A stretch of 61,281 nucleotides of DNA, filler included, from Candidatus Babelota bacterium (lineage in GTDB: Bacteria > JAGOBX01): assembly GCA_017999075.1 (NCBI GenBank). It is 8 parts of 8 records of this genome, joined end to end, with 100 filler letters (N's around TTAATTAATTAA, not from the genome) between each part and the next. Parts side by side here need not be neighbours in the genome. Positions count along the whole stretch, not along the records: positions 1 to 18,795 come from JAGOBX010000012.1; positions 18,896 to 22,822 come from JAGOBX010000394.1; 6 more parts are not named here. One strand, given 5' to 3'. The first letter of the stretch is position 1. Every line of letters begins with the position of its first letter. This document shows, piece after piece, positions 10,009-20,059 of this stretch. The translations under genes and the position numbers were made by a program. Under the pieces are notes generated by a model. It saw only the letters and a list, made by a program, of their open reading frames with translations. It did not search any database and was not told the origin of the DNA.

Positions 10009-11907
10009 ATGAATATTCAAAAAAAAAGAAAAAACTCTAAAATCATTAACACAAATAAAACTCAGCAACCAAACGAACTTTTGTCCAAACCAACAGATGG
10101 CAAAAAAAATTCCGAAACAAAAAATAAACATCAAAAATTATTTTTTTTAATTATTCCAGCATCAATATTTTGCGTATCTTTAATTATAAATATATTTCTG
10201 CTTGCCCAATTTCGGCAACACGACTTATTTAGTCATATTAATAAGGTTACAGATTCCTTCGGTTTTATTGAAACCGCCAAAGTAATAGCTTCCTCTAATT
10301 TCATAGGAGAAGGAAAATTTAATCAGGAACCAGGATATTACTATTTCCTCGCAATTATAATAAAAATGGCCGGTTCAAATGTTTATGCAATAAGAATAAT
10401 TCAATCTGCAATAGGTTCATTGACAGTAGTTTCTGTATATTACATAACTTACTTTTTATTCTGCAATTCAACTGCAGCGCTTATAAGTTCATCTTTATTG
10501 ATATTATGCGGAGTTCATTATTATTACAATTTAATAATACTCCGTACTTTTTTAACCTCTTTTTTGATTTTATCGTGCATTACAAGTTTCATTTTATATT
10601 TAAAGTCAGACTCTAAAAAATTCATATTTTTTACAGGATGTTTAACAGGGTTATCATTTTTAACTCAACCTAATGTCATATCATTTTTTATTGCTGCTGT
10701 CGCAGTTTTATTTTTCAGCCCCAAAAAAAACATATTATTATTCATATTAGGATTTTCACTGATTTTCGGCATTCTCGGAATAAGAAATAAAATTGCCGGA
10801 ACAGAATTATTAAGTTTCAGCAATAAAGGAGCAGCGGAATTTGCTTCAGGAAATATAATAGAATCAAATGGGGTGGGATGGGTGGAACACCCCAAATCAT
10901 ATTGGTATGCAAAAAAATATCAAACTCTTACAGGAGTAATTGTTAATGTAATTAAAGATTCACTAATCAATGATCCTCAAAAATACTTTAAACTAATTCT
11001 GAATAAAACAGCAGCAGCTTTAAACAATTACGAAGTACCAAATAATTATAATTTTTATTATTTCAAAAAATATTATATTTCTGATTTAAAATATTTTCCT
11101 GTTAATTTCGGAATTATATTTATACTTTTTTCTATTGGCATCAGCCAAATTAAATTCAGTAAAACATTTAATTTTCATGATAAAATACAAATTTTATATA
11201 TAACAACTTTAATATTTTATTTTTTAACAATAATTTCTTTTTATATAATTTCAAGATTCAGATTTCCAGTTCTTATTTTAATGACTCCATATGCAGGTTA
11301 TGGATTATTATCCATATTCTATAATTTCCGGAATAAAATTTATAAAAAATTTTTCACTCAAATTATTATCGGTTCAGCAGCAGTCATAATAACTTTTTTT
11401 TATCCTGTGGAAGGTATAAACAAAAATTCTGATATGGCTCTGGCATATGCTAATGATGGTTCTGCATATTCGGAACTGAATTTATTGGATAAATCAATTG
11501 AAAGGTATGATACTGCATTAAAATATTATCCTGCAGAAGCAGGATACGCTACTATCATAAAATTATGCATAAGAAATAATAATTATAATGCAAGCCTTAA
11601 ATACTGTTATGACGGATTACAATTATATAATAATTCTGCTGATTTGATTTATCTGACGGCTTATAATCATATTTTTTTGAAAAACCATAATGAAAGCGTA
11701 AAATTTTTATTGAAAATTCCTGATTCTGCCAATTACATCAATTTCAAGATATACAATCTTGCTTTAGAATATTATTATTTAAATGATTACAACACCAGTT
11801 TAATATACTGGGAGAAATATTATCAGCTTAATCCTGATGATGATAAGGCGCGACTGAATATTATTAATTTAAAATTATGGCAGACAAAACAAAAAAATAT
11901 AAAATAA
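10009..11907 (+). CDS. GT-C (PMT/ArnT-like) membrane glycosyltransferase with C-terminal TPRs
   Basis: TDS loop, EPGYYYFLA, SRFRFP, more than 10 TM segments, TPR tail. Confidence 0.75.
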   Translation: MNIQKKRKNSKIINTNKTQQPNELLSKPTDGKKNSETKNKHQKLFFLIIPASIFCVSLIINIFLLAQFRQHDLFSHINKVTDSFGFIETAKVIASSNFIGEGKFNQEPGYYYFLAIIIKMAGSNVYAIRIIQSAIGSLTVVSVYYITYFLFCNSTAALISSSLLILCGVHYYYNLIILRTFLTSFLILSCITSFILYLKSDSKKFIFFTGCLTGLSFLTQPNVISFFIAAVAVLFFSPKKNILLFILGFSLIFGILGIRNKIAGTELLSFSNKGAAEFASGNIIESNGVGWVEHPKSYWYAKKYQTLTGVIVNVIKDSLINDPQKYFKLILNKTAAALNNYEVPNNYNFYYFKKYYISDLKYFPVNFGIIFILFSIGISQIKFSKTFNFHDKIQILYITTLIFYFLTIISFYIISRFRFPVLILMTPYAGYGLLSIFYNFRNKIYKKFFTQIIIGSAAVIITFFYPVEGINKNSDMALAYANDGSAYSELNLLDKSIERYDTALKYYPAEAGYATIIKLCIRNNNYNASLKYCYDGLQLYNNSADLIYLTAYNHIFLKNHNESVKFLLKIPDSANYINFKIYNLALEYYYLNDYNTSLIYWEKYYQLNPDDDKARLNIINLKLWQTKQKNIK

Positions 11908-11971
11908 AAATATTAGTTGTATTTTTACGGTTAATATGAGATAATTTGCAAAAATATCGGAGGTATAACCC

Positions 11972-13294
11972 TTGAAAAGATTTTTAATAATTTCAATATT
12001 ATTTTCGTTGATGAATTACCCCTTGTTTTCCGATAATAATTCCTTGAACAACCAGGGTTCTTCTCAAAATCCAAATATTAATATAAATTCAATTAAAAAT
12101 GAATCTCAGCAGTTTATAGATAACTTAATTTCAAATTTTCAAAGTGCAAAAAACAATTACGATTTAATAATTAAAGATTTGAATAAAACAATCGAAGAAT
12201 TAAATTTAAAAATCAACAGTTTAAACCAAACCATAACAAATCTTCAATCCGAAAATAAAGCGTTAATTGAAAAAAATTCAGTTATACCTGCACAAATCAA
12301 ACAAATCGAAAATCTTAATAAAGACAGGCAATCTTTGCTAAGTGAAATATCTGCATTGAAAGGAAAAGGACTCGAAGAAATAAAAGCATTAAATTCAAAA
12401 TTAACTGAAACCATAGAATCATATTCTCATTCTGAAATAGAATTAAAAAATATAAAAACAGAATTAGGTGAAAAAAACAGTTTAATTTCAGAACAAAATA
12501 ATAAAATAAACGGACTTGAAATTCTTATAAAATCAGCAGAAAAACGTAAAAGTGACGATGAATCAACAATAAATTCATTAAATTCAGAATTATCTTTATT
12601 AAAAAAACAACTGGAATCCATAAAACTCAGCAATCAATTATTATCAAACCAGAATGACACATTAACTTCTTCAAATTCAGTTTTACAGAAAGAAAATATT
12701 TTTTTAAATAACAGAATAAAAGAATTGAATAAAGAAAAAGAAATTTTATTAATTGATTCAACTAAAAATACCGATAAAATTTCGAGACAGGCTGCAGAAA
12801 TATCAAAATTTGAATCAATTCAGATTCAAAAAGATAACGACATTGATTTTTTAAAAAATACTACAAAACAGCAGGCAGAAAAAATAAGAGAAGCAAATTC
12901 CGAAATTTCAAACCTGAACGCTGAAATAAAACAAATAATCACAGACAAACAGGTGCTGGAAACAAAGATTAAAGATATGGGAAGTGCCTTAACAGATTAT
13001 GATACAATCATACTTGTTCTAAAACAAAAAATCAAAGAAAATCAGACTGAAATTGATAAGGCAAATGCTCAAAAAGAATTATTTGAAAGAATGTCTAAAG
13101 AGCGTATTCTTCAAAATGCGGAAATTGATAATGTGAAAAACGAGCGAAATACTTTAAAACTAACTTTAAATACAGTTAATAAAGAAATAGATAAATTAAA
13201 AACTGAAATTTCAGAAAAAGATAGAACTATAGAACTTCAAAAAATCGAATTAAATAAACTTTATGATAAATTAAAAGAAATAGTTAAACCCTAA
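11972..13294 (+). CDS. Secreted long coiled-coil protein
   Basis: GGAGG RBS, TTG start, signal peptide, heptad pattern throughout. Confidence 0.65.
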   Translation: MKRFLIISILFSLMNYPLFSDNNSLNNQGSSQNPNININSIKNESQQFIDNLISNFQSAKNNYDLIIKDLNKTIEELNLKINSLNQTITNLQSENKALIEKNSVIPAQIKQIENLNKDRQSLLSEISALKGKGLEEIKALNSKLTETIESYSHSEIELKNIKTELGEKNSLISEQNNKINGLEILIKSAEKRKSDDESTINSLNSELSLLKKQLESIKLSNQLLSNQNDTLTSSNSVLQKENIFLNNRIKELNKEKEILLIDSTKNTDKISRQAAEISKFESIQIQKDNDIDFLKNTTKQQAEKIREANSEISNLNAEIKQIITDKQVLETKIKDMGSALTDYDTIILVLKQKIKENQTEIDKANAQKELFERMSKERILQNAEIDNVKNERNTLKLTLNTVNKEIDKLKTEISEKDRTIELQKIELNKLYDKLKEIVKP

Positions 13295-13337
13295 TTTAAT
13301 TTTTACAAATTCAATTATTTTGGAGAGTGGTATTTCA

Positions 13338-13745
13338 ATGATTAACATAACTAAACAACTTGCAATCTTCCTTGAAAACAAACCTGGGGTTCTGGCAAAA
13401 ATGTGTGCCGATCTTGCAAAACACGATATAAACATAATAGCTCTAACAGTATCTGACACAATAGATCATACTGTTTTACGTATAATAGTAGATAAAACAA
13501 ATGAAGCAATACATCTTCTTGAAACTACCGGAGCTATAGTTATTGAGCGCGATGTAATACTACTTGATCTACCTAATAAACCAGGTTCATTACAAAAAGT
13601 CGCGTCATTTTTATCCGAAAAGAAACATAATATTGAATATTTATACTGTTCAAGCGGAATAAATCAAAATTCAGGAACTCTTGTTTTAAGAACCAAAAAC
13701 GTTACAAAATCTTACGAATTATTAAAAAAATTAAAAATCAAATAG
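13338..13745 (+). CDS. Tandem ACT-domain protein
   Basis: QLAIFLENKPGVLA and LPNKPGSL ACT repeats; paralogous to 33067-33498. Confidence 0.9.
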   Translation: MINITKQLAIFLENKPGVLAKMCADLAKHDINIIALTVSDTIDHTVLRIIVDKTNEAIHLLETTGAIVIERDVILLDLPNKPGSLQKVASFLSEKKHNIEYLYCSSGINQNSGTLVLRTKNVTKSYELLKKLKIK

Positions 13746-13786
13746 ATTATTTGAGTAACCTGAATCCTTAGCAAGGAGAATTAAAA

Positions 13787-14491
13787 GTGGATACATTCAT
13801 ATCCCTTAATAAAAAAAATATAAACGCCGAAGAATACATCATAAAAGAAAAATTCGGTGAAAAAGAGTATGTTTATACATTTAAAAACAAAGATGATCTT
13901 GTTAATTACATAAAAGATAATATTCCTGTTGCGGATAAGAATTATGCAGTTACAATTGACAATGATTTGAGTGGAACTCAAAAATTACTTTTAAAACACT
14001 CTGCTGAAAAAGCCGCATTATATCAAAAAAAAAATGGTTTTGATCTGCAATCGTATGAGTTAAAAAAATCCATAATGGATACTCTCTCAGATGAAAAAAC
14101 TTCCATTGAAGAAAAAACCGTTAAAATTTCTGAAACAACAAAAGAATATCAATCTCCTGATTCTCCAAAAAAAATCAATAAAGCTTTATGCGCAATAATG
14201 TCCGAGTATTGTATAAACATATACGAACAGATATTCGGTCCATTAGATAATCCGACTAATAAGGACGGAGCCGGAGCAAATGAAAAGGTTTTATTAAATT
14301 TAAGAAGCACATTAAACCTGCTGATTCAAAACGACTATACATCTCATTCAAGCAAAGGCAAGGCAATTGACCTGATAATTTTAAGAAACAACCTCAGCAG
14401 AATTTTTATGAATAAAATGTATAAAGCAAAAAAACTTGTTTCAAAAAAAAATGAAAATGAAAACGAAAATAATTCCGGTAATACAAAATAA
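13787..14491 (+). CDS. Hypothetical protein
   Basis: AAGGAG RBS, GTG start, 234-aa ORF with no recognised motif. Confidence 0.65.
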   Translation: MDTFISLNKKNINAEEYIIKEKFGEKEYVYTFKNKDDLVNYIKDNIPVADKNYAVTIDNDLSGTQKLLLKHSAEKAALYQKKNGFDLQSYELKKSIMDTLSDEKTSIEEKTVKISETTKEYQSPDSPKKINKALCAIMSEYCINIYEQIFGPLDNPTNKDGAGANEKVLLNLRSTLNLLIQNDYTSHSSKGKAIDLIILRNNLSRIFMNKMYKAKKLVSKKNENENENNSGNTK

Positions 14492-14549
14492 AATAATTTA
14501 AGTTTTAACTTAATATTTATTTAATAAAAAAAATATTTATACTTTTTAA

Positions 14550-15518
14550 ATGGTGAATTTTATGATAAAAGATTTTGCCAAAATTGTCGTAATAGGAGTG
14601 GGAGGAGGCGGGTGCAACGCTTTATCTCACATGGTTAAATCCCAGACAGAAGGAATAGAATATATTGCTGTCAATACTGATTTACAGCAGTTAAAACGTT
14701 TGAAAAACTGCCAAACATTACAGATAGGTGAAAAACTGACAAACGGACTTGGAGCAGGCGGAATTCCTGAAATAGGCAGAAAGTCCGCGATAGAAAGCCG
14801 TGACAAAATAACTGCTCTGGTATCAGGAGCAGATATAGTAATAATAACTGCTTGCCTTGGAGGCGGAACAGGAACAGGCGCAGCTCCTGAAATAGCTGCG
14901 ATTTCAAAAAGCTTAGGAATACTCACTATACCGGTAGTAACTATCCCTTTCAAGTTTGAAGGAAAAAAAAGGCGTTTACAGGCGGATGAAGGATTAAAAA
15001 AAATTTCCGAAAACACCGATTCAATAATTATAATATCAAACGAACGTCTTCTTGAAAATACGGATCAGAATGTAGGTTTATATGAAGCATTTGCAATGGC
15101 TGACGATGTAGCTAAAGACGCTGTTCTTGCAATTACCACTTTAATAGTTCAAACAGGAGTTATAAATGTTGATTTAGAGGACATCAAAAGTATTTTAAAA
15201 AATGCCGGATGCGCCATGATAGGAATAGGATTCGGTATAGGCGAGCACCGTGCAATTGACGCAGCAAAACAGTCAATCACTTCTCCTTTACTTGAAGTAA
15301 GTTCAATTAAAGGGGCCTCCAGAATGCTGGTTAACATTGCAGGCGGAGAAGAATTGACTTTATACGAAGTTGAAAAAGCAGCTACCTACATAACAAATGA
15401 GGCGGATAATGACGCTATAATCATTTTTGGCACAACCATTATCCCTGATTTAAAAGATAAAATAAAAATAACTACATTAATAGCCGGTTTAAAAAATCAA
15501 TCGGAAAATATTGGATAA
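14550..15518 (+). CDS. ftsZ: FtsZ-family GTPase lacking C-terminal linker and conserved peptide
   Basis: GVGGGGCNA, NTD, GLGAGG, GGGTGTG, PFKFEG, T7 loop INVDLED, SPLL; ends 8 residues after IAGL. Confidence 0.93.
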   Translation: MVNFMIKDFAKIVVIGVGGGGCNALSHMVKSQTEGIEYIAVNTDLQQLKRLKNCQTLQIGEKLTNGLGAGGIPEIGRKSAIESRDKITALVSGADIVIITACLGGGTGTGAAPEIAAISKSLGILTIPVVTIPFKFEGKKRRLQADEGLKKISENTDSIIIISNERLLENTDQNVGLYEAFAMADDVAKDAVLAITTLIVQTGVINVDLEDIKSILKNAGCAMIGIGFGIGEHRAIDAAKQSITSPLLEVSSIKGASRMLVNIAGGEELTLYEVEKAATYITNEADNDAIIIFGTTIIPDLKDKIKITTLIAGLKNQSENIG

Positions 15519-15556
15519 AATAAAAGATTTTACTAAATCCCGGAGGGTTTAAAAAA

Positions 15557-15886
15557 ATGAGCAGTAAAGAATCAAATTTAAACGCAACAGAACAAGATTT
15601 TATAACAAGAGTAAAACTCGATCACGCCTATACAAAAAATCAGTTAAAACAAATTCAAACAGAACTTCAGCAAAAAAATGAGTTGATTCAAAAAAAAGAA
15701 ATTCAGATAAAAAATCTTGAAGATAAACTTAAAGAAATTATGGAAGCTTATAAAACAAAGGAAGTTGAATATAAGGAGCGAGTTGAAAAGCTTCAAGAAT
15801 TAATCGAACCAGCAGAACAGGAAGTTGACAATAATTTCGCGAAAATATTAAATAAAATAGGGGTTAAAGTCACTGTTTTAGAGTAA
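15557..15886 (+). CDS. Small coiled-coil protein
   Basis: GGAGG RBS; heptad repeats; stop overlaps the next ATG. Confidence 0.7.
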   Translation: MSSKESNLNATEQDFITRVKLDHAYTKNQLKQIQTELQQKNELIQKKEIQIKNLEDKLKEIMEAYKTKEVEYKERVEKLQELIEPAEQEVDNNFAKILNKIGVKVTVLE

Positions 15887-16572
15887 TGAAAAAACATTTT
15901 ACGTTTGGCAAAATTATTAATATTGAAATTTCGGGCGGAGTATTTCAAGGAAAATATGTTTCAGTTATAAAAGAATATGATGATACTAATAACATTCTTT
16001 ATATTTCTCAACCGCGCATATCAAATTTATTTGTTCCGTTATCGACCGGAGAACCACTTATAATTCATTATCTGGAAGGTTCAATGTCATGTAATTTCAA
16101 ATCTATAATACTTGACATAATCAATTTTGAAGATTTCTGTGTTTACAAAATAGAGGGTCCTGATAAAATTCAAAAGAGCGATAGAAGAAAGCATTTAAGA
16201 ATGCCTGTTTATCCTCCGGCTCAGATTAATTATTTTTCTCAATATTCACCAACAATTTTTTTACAGGGTATTTTAACTGATATTTCTTTTAGCGGAATTA
16301 ATATTGAAACTCAAAAAAAAACAGATATTTCAGACCCGTTATCATTAAGTTTTAAATTACCCAAACATAATGGCGGAACCTACGGAATCGAAGAATTGGC
16401 AGTAAAAGTAATATGGAATAAAAAAATTAATAACCGTGAATTTTCAGGTTGTGCAATTCAAAATTTTAAAGGGAAACAGGAAACTTTTATTACAGACTAT
16501 ATAATTAATTTACAGCGAGCTAATAATTGGGAAACTCATGTAAAAAAAATAGTCGGCTCGCTGATTGAATAA
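15886..16572 (+). CDS. YcgR-like PilZ-domain c-di-GMP receptor
   Basis: RRKHLR (RxxxR) and DISFSG (DxSxxG) motifs after a YcgR-like N-terminal domain. Confidence 0.85.
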   Translation: MKKHFTFGKIINIEISGGVFQGKYVSVIKEYDDTNNILYISQPRISNLFVPLSTGEPLIIHYLEGSMSCNFKSIILDIINFEDFCVYKIEGPDKIQKSDRRKHLRMPVYPPAQINYFSQYSPTIFLQGILTDISFSGINIETQKKTDISDPLSLSFKLPKHNGGTYGIEELAVKVIWNKKINNREFSGCAIQNFKGKQETFITDYIINLQRANNWETHVKKIVGSLIE

Positions 16573-16585
16573 AATTAAAAAAATT

Positions 16586-16663
16586 ATGATTATAAAATTT
16601 TATATATCAAATCTTGTGGATAATAAAATCGAATTACGCCGATGGCGGTCAAAATATATATAA
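16586..16663 (+). CDS. Putative trp leader peptide MIIKFYISNLVDNKIELRRWRSKYI
   Basis: 25-aa ORF with one Trp codon, upstream of a terminator and trpE. Confidence 0.5.
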   Translation: MIIKFYISNLVDNKIELRRWRSKYI

Positions 16664-16741
16664 CATAAAAGTTCATCATTAAAATATTTATATTATATAA
16701 CATACCGCGGATGATGGACTTTAATTCTACAAATCATCTGC

Positions 16742-16778
16742 AAAAAAAACCGCAGATGAAAATCTGCGGTTTTTTTTT
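16742..16778 (+). terminator. Attenuator terminator upstream of trpE
   Basis: ccgcagat-gaaa-atctgcgg perfect stem followed by a T run. Confidence 0.85.
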
Positions 16779-16851
16779 GATACATTATGAAAAAAAATAA
16801 ATATTCCATATTTTTCATAATACAAATTTTAAAAAATGAGGTGATCCCATT

Positions 16852-18339
16852 TTGAAACTCACTAATTTCGATGAATTTAAAAAATTGACTAATGCAGGAA
16901 ACGTAATACCAATATTCAAAGAGCTTATAGTTGACATAGATACTCCGGTAAGCATATTTTCAAAATTTAACAGTTCAAAATTTGCATTTTTGCTTGAAAG
17001 CGTAGAAACCGATAAAAATTACGGCAGATATTCTATCATAGGAATTGATCCTTTTAAATTGTTGCGTTATGCAAATAATATTTTAGAAGTATCAGAAGGA
17101 ACAAAAAAAACAGTAATTGAAAACACTAATCCATTAGATTATTTAAATGCAGATTTAAAAAAATTCAAATCTGTAGAAATTGATGATATCCCTTTTTTAT
17201 ACAGCGCTATAATAGGATATTTCGGATTTGAAATTTTCGGATTGATGGAAAAAACAAATTTCACCAATACTGACGAATTAGATATTCCTGATATTTACCT
17301 TGCATATTGCAACAAACTATTGGTATTCGATCATTTCAAAAATAAATTATTTTTAATCTATAACGCCATATTAACCGAAAACTCTGACGTTGAATTAGAA
17401 TTTAAAAAAGGAATTGCAGAACTTGAATCTCTGGAAAAAATTATTTTCACTCCTATAGCCATCAATTATATTTCTCACAATAAATCCAGTAAAATTCCTG
17501 TTCCTGAATACGTATCTCCTGAAAAATCATTTATAGATGGAGTAAACAAAATCAAAGAATACATAAATAAAGGCGATATTTTTCAATGCGTATTATCAAT
17601 AAGGCAAAGTGTAAAAATTTCAGTCGAGCCTTTTGAGTTATACCGAGCTTTAAGAATTATTAATCCTTCTCCTTATATGTTTTATATGAATTTTGATAAT
17701 TTCACTCTGATAGGTTCTTCTCCTGAAACTATGGTCCGTATACGCAGCAATAAAGTTTATTTAAAACCTATAGCAGGAACAAGACCTGTTTTGAAAAATG
17801 AAACCGAAACACAAATGTACGCGGATGAAATGATGAGAGATGAAAAAGAACTGGCTGAACACATAATGCTTCTTGATTTAGGCAGAAATGATCTTGGAAG
17901 AATCTGCAAACCTGGAACGGTTAAGGTTGAAAAAAAAATGTATGTGGAACGTTTTGCTCATGTACAGCATATTGTTTCAGACGTATCCGGAGAACTTGCA
18001 GAAGGCAATTCTGTCATTGATGTCTTAAAAGCTTCGTTCCCTGCCGGAACAGTAAGCGGCGCTCCTAAAATCAGAGCTATGGAAATAATAAACGAACTTG
18101 AACCTATAAAACGCAATTTTTATGCAGGCGCAGCAGGTTACATAACTTTCGGAAATGAAATGGATTTAGCGATAACTATCCGCAGCATGACTGTAAAAAA
18201 TGGAACAGTCTATTTTCAAACTGGCGCTGGAATTGTGTATGATTCAATAGACAAAAATGAATTAAAAGAATGTGTAAATAAAGCTAAAAGCATAGTCGAA
18301 TCAATTTACCTGGCAGAAACAGGAATCGAACGTATATAA
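16852..18339 (+). CDS. trpE: Anthranilate synthase component I
   Basis: FLLES, GDIFQCVLS, NPSPYMF, GSSPE, PIAGTR, EHIMLLDLGRND, FPAGTVSGAPK. Confidence 0.96.
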   Translation: MKLTNFDEFKKLTNAGNVIPIFKELIVDIDTPVSIFSKFNSSKFAFLLESVETDKNYGRYSIIGIDPFKLLRYANNILEVSEGTKKTVIENTNPLDYLNADLKKFKSVEIDDIPFLYSAIIGYFGFEIFGLMEKTNFTNTDELDIPDIYLAYCNKLLVFDHFKNKLFLIYNAILTENSDVELEFKKGIAELESLEKIIFTPIAINYISHNKSSKIPVPEYVSPEKSFIDGVNKIKEYINKGDIFQCVLSIRQSVKISVEPFELYRALRIINPSPYMFYMNFDNFTLIGSSPETMVRIRSNKVYLKPIAGTRPVLKNETETQMYADEMMRDEKELAEHIMLLDLGRNDLGRICKPGTVKVEKKMYVERFAHVQHIVSDVSGELAEGNSVIDVLKASFPAGTVSGAPKIRAMEIINELEPIKRNFYAGAAGYITFGNEMDLAITIRSMTVKNGTVYFQTGAGIVYDSIDKNELKECVNKAKSIVESIYLAETGIERI

Positions 18340-18400
18340 AAGTTAGACATAACAAAGACTATAAAAACTATTGTTAGAATTTACCCGGAGGATAAAAACA

Positions 18401-18795
18401 ATGATACTTTTGATAGATAATTACGATTCATTTGTTTACAATTTATATCAATACGTATCCGAATTCGGATATGAAGTTAAAGTATATAGGAATGATAAAA
18501 TAACTTTAGATGAAATTGAAAAACTAAACCCGTCGCATATAATAATATCTCCTGGGCCTGGACGTCCTGAAAATAGCGGAATTATATGTTCTCTGATAAA
18601 AAAGTTCTATTCATCTATACCTATTTTAGGTATATGTTTAGGCCATCAGGCTATAGGATATGCGCTTGGAGGAAAAATTAGCGGAGCAAAAAAAATAATG
18701 CATGGAAAATTATCAAAAATTTTTCATAATAAAACAGGTATTTTTTCTACCATAAACAACCCGCTAAATGCGGTAAGATACAATTAACTTGTTAT
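18401..18795 (+). CDS. trpG: Anthranilate synthase component II, truncated at contig end
   Basis: IDNYDSF, SPGPG, GICLGHQ, MHGK. Confidence 0.93.
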
Positions 18796-18895
18796 NNNNN
18801 NNNNNNNNNNNNNNNNNNNNNNNNNNNNNNNNNNNNNNNTTAATTAATTAANNNNNNNNNNNNNNNNNNNNNNNNNNNNNNNNNNNNNNNNNNNN
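18796..18895. other. Artificial contig linker (also 22823-22922, 26836-26935, 30826-30925, 34813-34912, 53359-53458, 57327-57426)
   Basis: Identical 100-nt N-ttaattaattaa-N spacers with stops in all frames; genes are truncated on both sides. Confidence 0.98.
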
Positions 18896-19187
18896 GGTAT
18901 GGTATTAAATCATAAATTTGAACAGCTAAAAGAAGATTTTATTTGTAAAAAAAATAGATTAACCGGACATACCAATTGGCAAATAAAAGTCAAAAATGTA
19001 TTTTAAATTTTACAGTTATATTAAAAAAAGTTTAATTTTCATAATTTAATCCACTAAAAAAAAGGGTTAAAATCGGGGTTTTTTGAAAGTAGGTTAAACT
19101 TTTAAAAGTTAAACTTTTCGGGATAAAAAACGCATAAATGATAAAATATTTTATAAATAATATAAAATTTATCGGGATTAGTGGTAG

Positions 19188-19310
19188 GTAGTGGGGACTA
19201 AATAAGGTATTTTCTAAACTCCCTTAGAGAAAAGGGCAAAAGTTAAAAAAGTTTAACTTTAAAGGAAATCTATAAGGGGTTTTAGAAAAAGTGGCTTTTA
19301 GTCTCTACTG
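19188..19310. repeat. Long imperfect inverted repeat with central palindrome, candidate replication origin
   Basis: agtggggactaaa..ttttctaaactcccttaga versus tataaggggttttagaaaa..tttagtctctact; centre aaagttaaaaaagtttaacttt. Confidence 0.6.
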
Positions 19311-19349
19311 ACAACAAAATTAACACTTAGCGGCTTGGGGGTTAAAAAA

Positions 19350-19898
19350 GTGAATTATTATTATTATACGGACAGCGAAATTAAAGAATTATTAAAATCA
19401 ATTATTATTTTAACCGATACGAGAGAGCAGGAAAACAAACATATAATTTCATACTTTGATAAAAAGAAAATCGGATATAAACAGCGGACATTAAACTGTG
19501 GCGATTATTCGTTTATATTGCCGAAAAACGAACCGCTGGGAATTGTCAAAGATATTCATTTTAACGGGATATTTTCTATTGAACGGAAAAACGGACTTGA
19601 CGAATTGGCGGGGAACTTGACCGCCGACCGCCAGCGGATAGAATCCGAATTTATAAAATCAATCAATCTAAAAAGATTTATTCTTTTAATTGAAGATGTG
19701 AAAGGTTATGAAAATATAATTAATGGTAATTATCGGAGTGAGTTTAATAATCAATCATATTTAGGAAGTTTAAACAGCTTGTCAATCCGGTTTAATTTTA
19801 ATTATGTTTTTATACCGCCGGATCTGTCAGGGAATTTTATTTATTATCAGTTTTATTATTTTTTAAGAAATTGGCTATTAAACAAAATTTATAAATAA
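19350..19898 (+). CDS. ERCC4-domain nuclease (phage type)
   Basis: DTREQ, L..GDY and IERK (ERKx3D) motifs. Confidence 0.88.
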   Translation: MNYYYYTDSEIKELLKSIIILTDTREQENKHIISYFDKKKIGYKQRTLNCGDYSFILPKNEPLGIVKDIHFNGIFSIERKNGLDELAGNLTADRQRIESEFIKSINLKRFILLIEDVKGYENIINGNYRSEFNNQSYLGSLNSLSIRFNFNYVFIPPDLSGNFIYYQFYYFLRNWLLNKIYK

Positions 19899-19912
19899 GG
19901 AGGTGGAATATA

Positions 19913-20047
19913 ATGAAGCCAGGTATTGCGGGAATAACGGAAGAACTACGATTGATAGCAAGCGACCGAAACCAAAAAACACACTTTCGGCTTTGGGCTT
20001 TAAGTTTGCTTATTAAATTAATTGTCAACGAAAAAATTAAATTTTAA
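19913..20047 (+). CDS. 44-aa hypothetical protein (not in ORF track)
   Basis: Strong AGGAGGT RBS; fills the gap between neighbouring genes. Confidence 0.65.
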   Translation: MKPGIAGITEELRLIASDRNQKTHFRLWALSLLIKLIVNEKIKF

Positions 20048-20059
20048 GGAGGGTTTAAA

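Noticed and set aside
16690-16780. T-box riboswitch before trpE
   Set aside because: ACCGCG is present but the required GGTGG is missing and no stem I is evident
18776-18795. Premature stop in trpG (RYN*LV)
   Set aside because: Two C-to-A changes from the conserved RYHSLV within the last 15 bases of a contig; most likely end-of-contig sequencing error, not a pseudogene
18796-18895. Recurrent ttaattaattaa palindrome
   Set aside because: Artificial linker inside N runs; neighbours across it, such as trpG and the element, are not biologically adjacent
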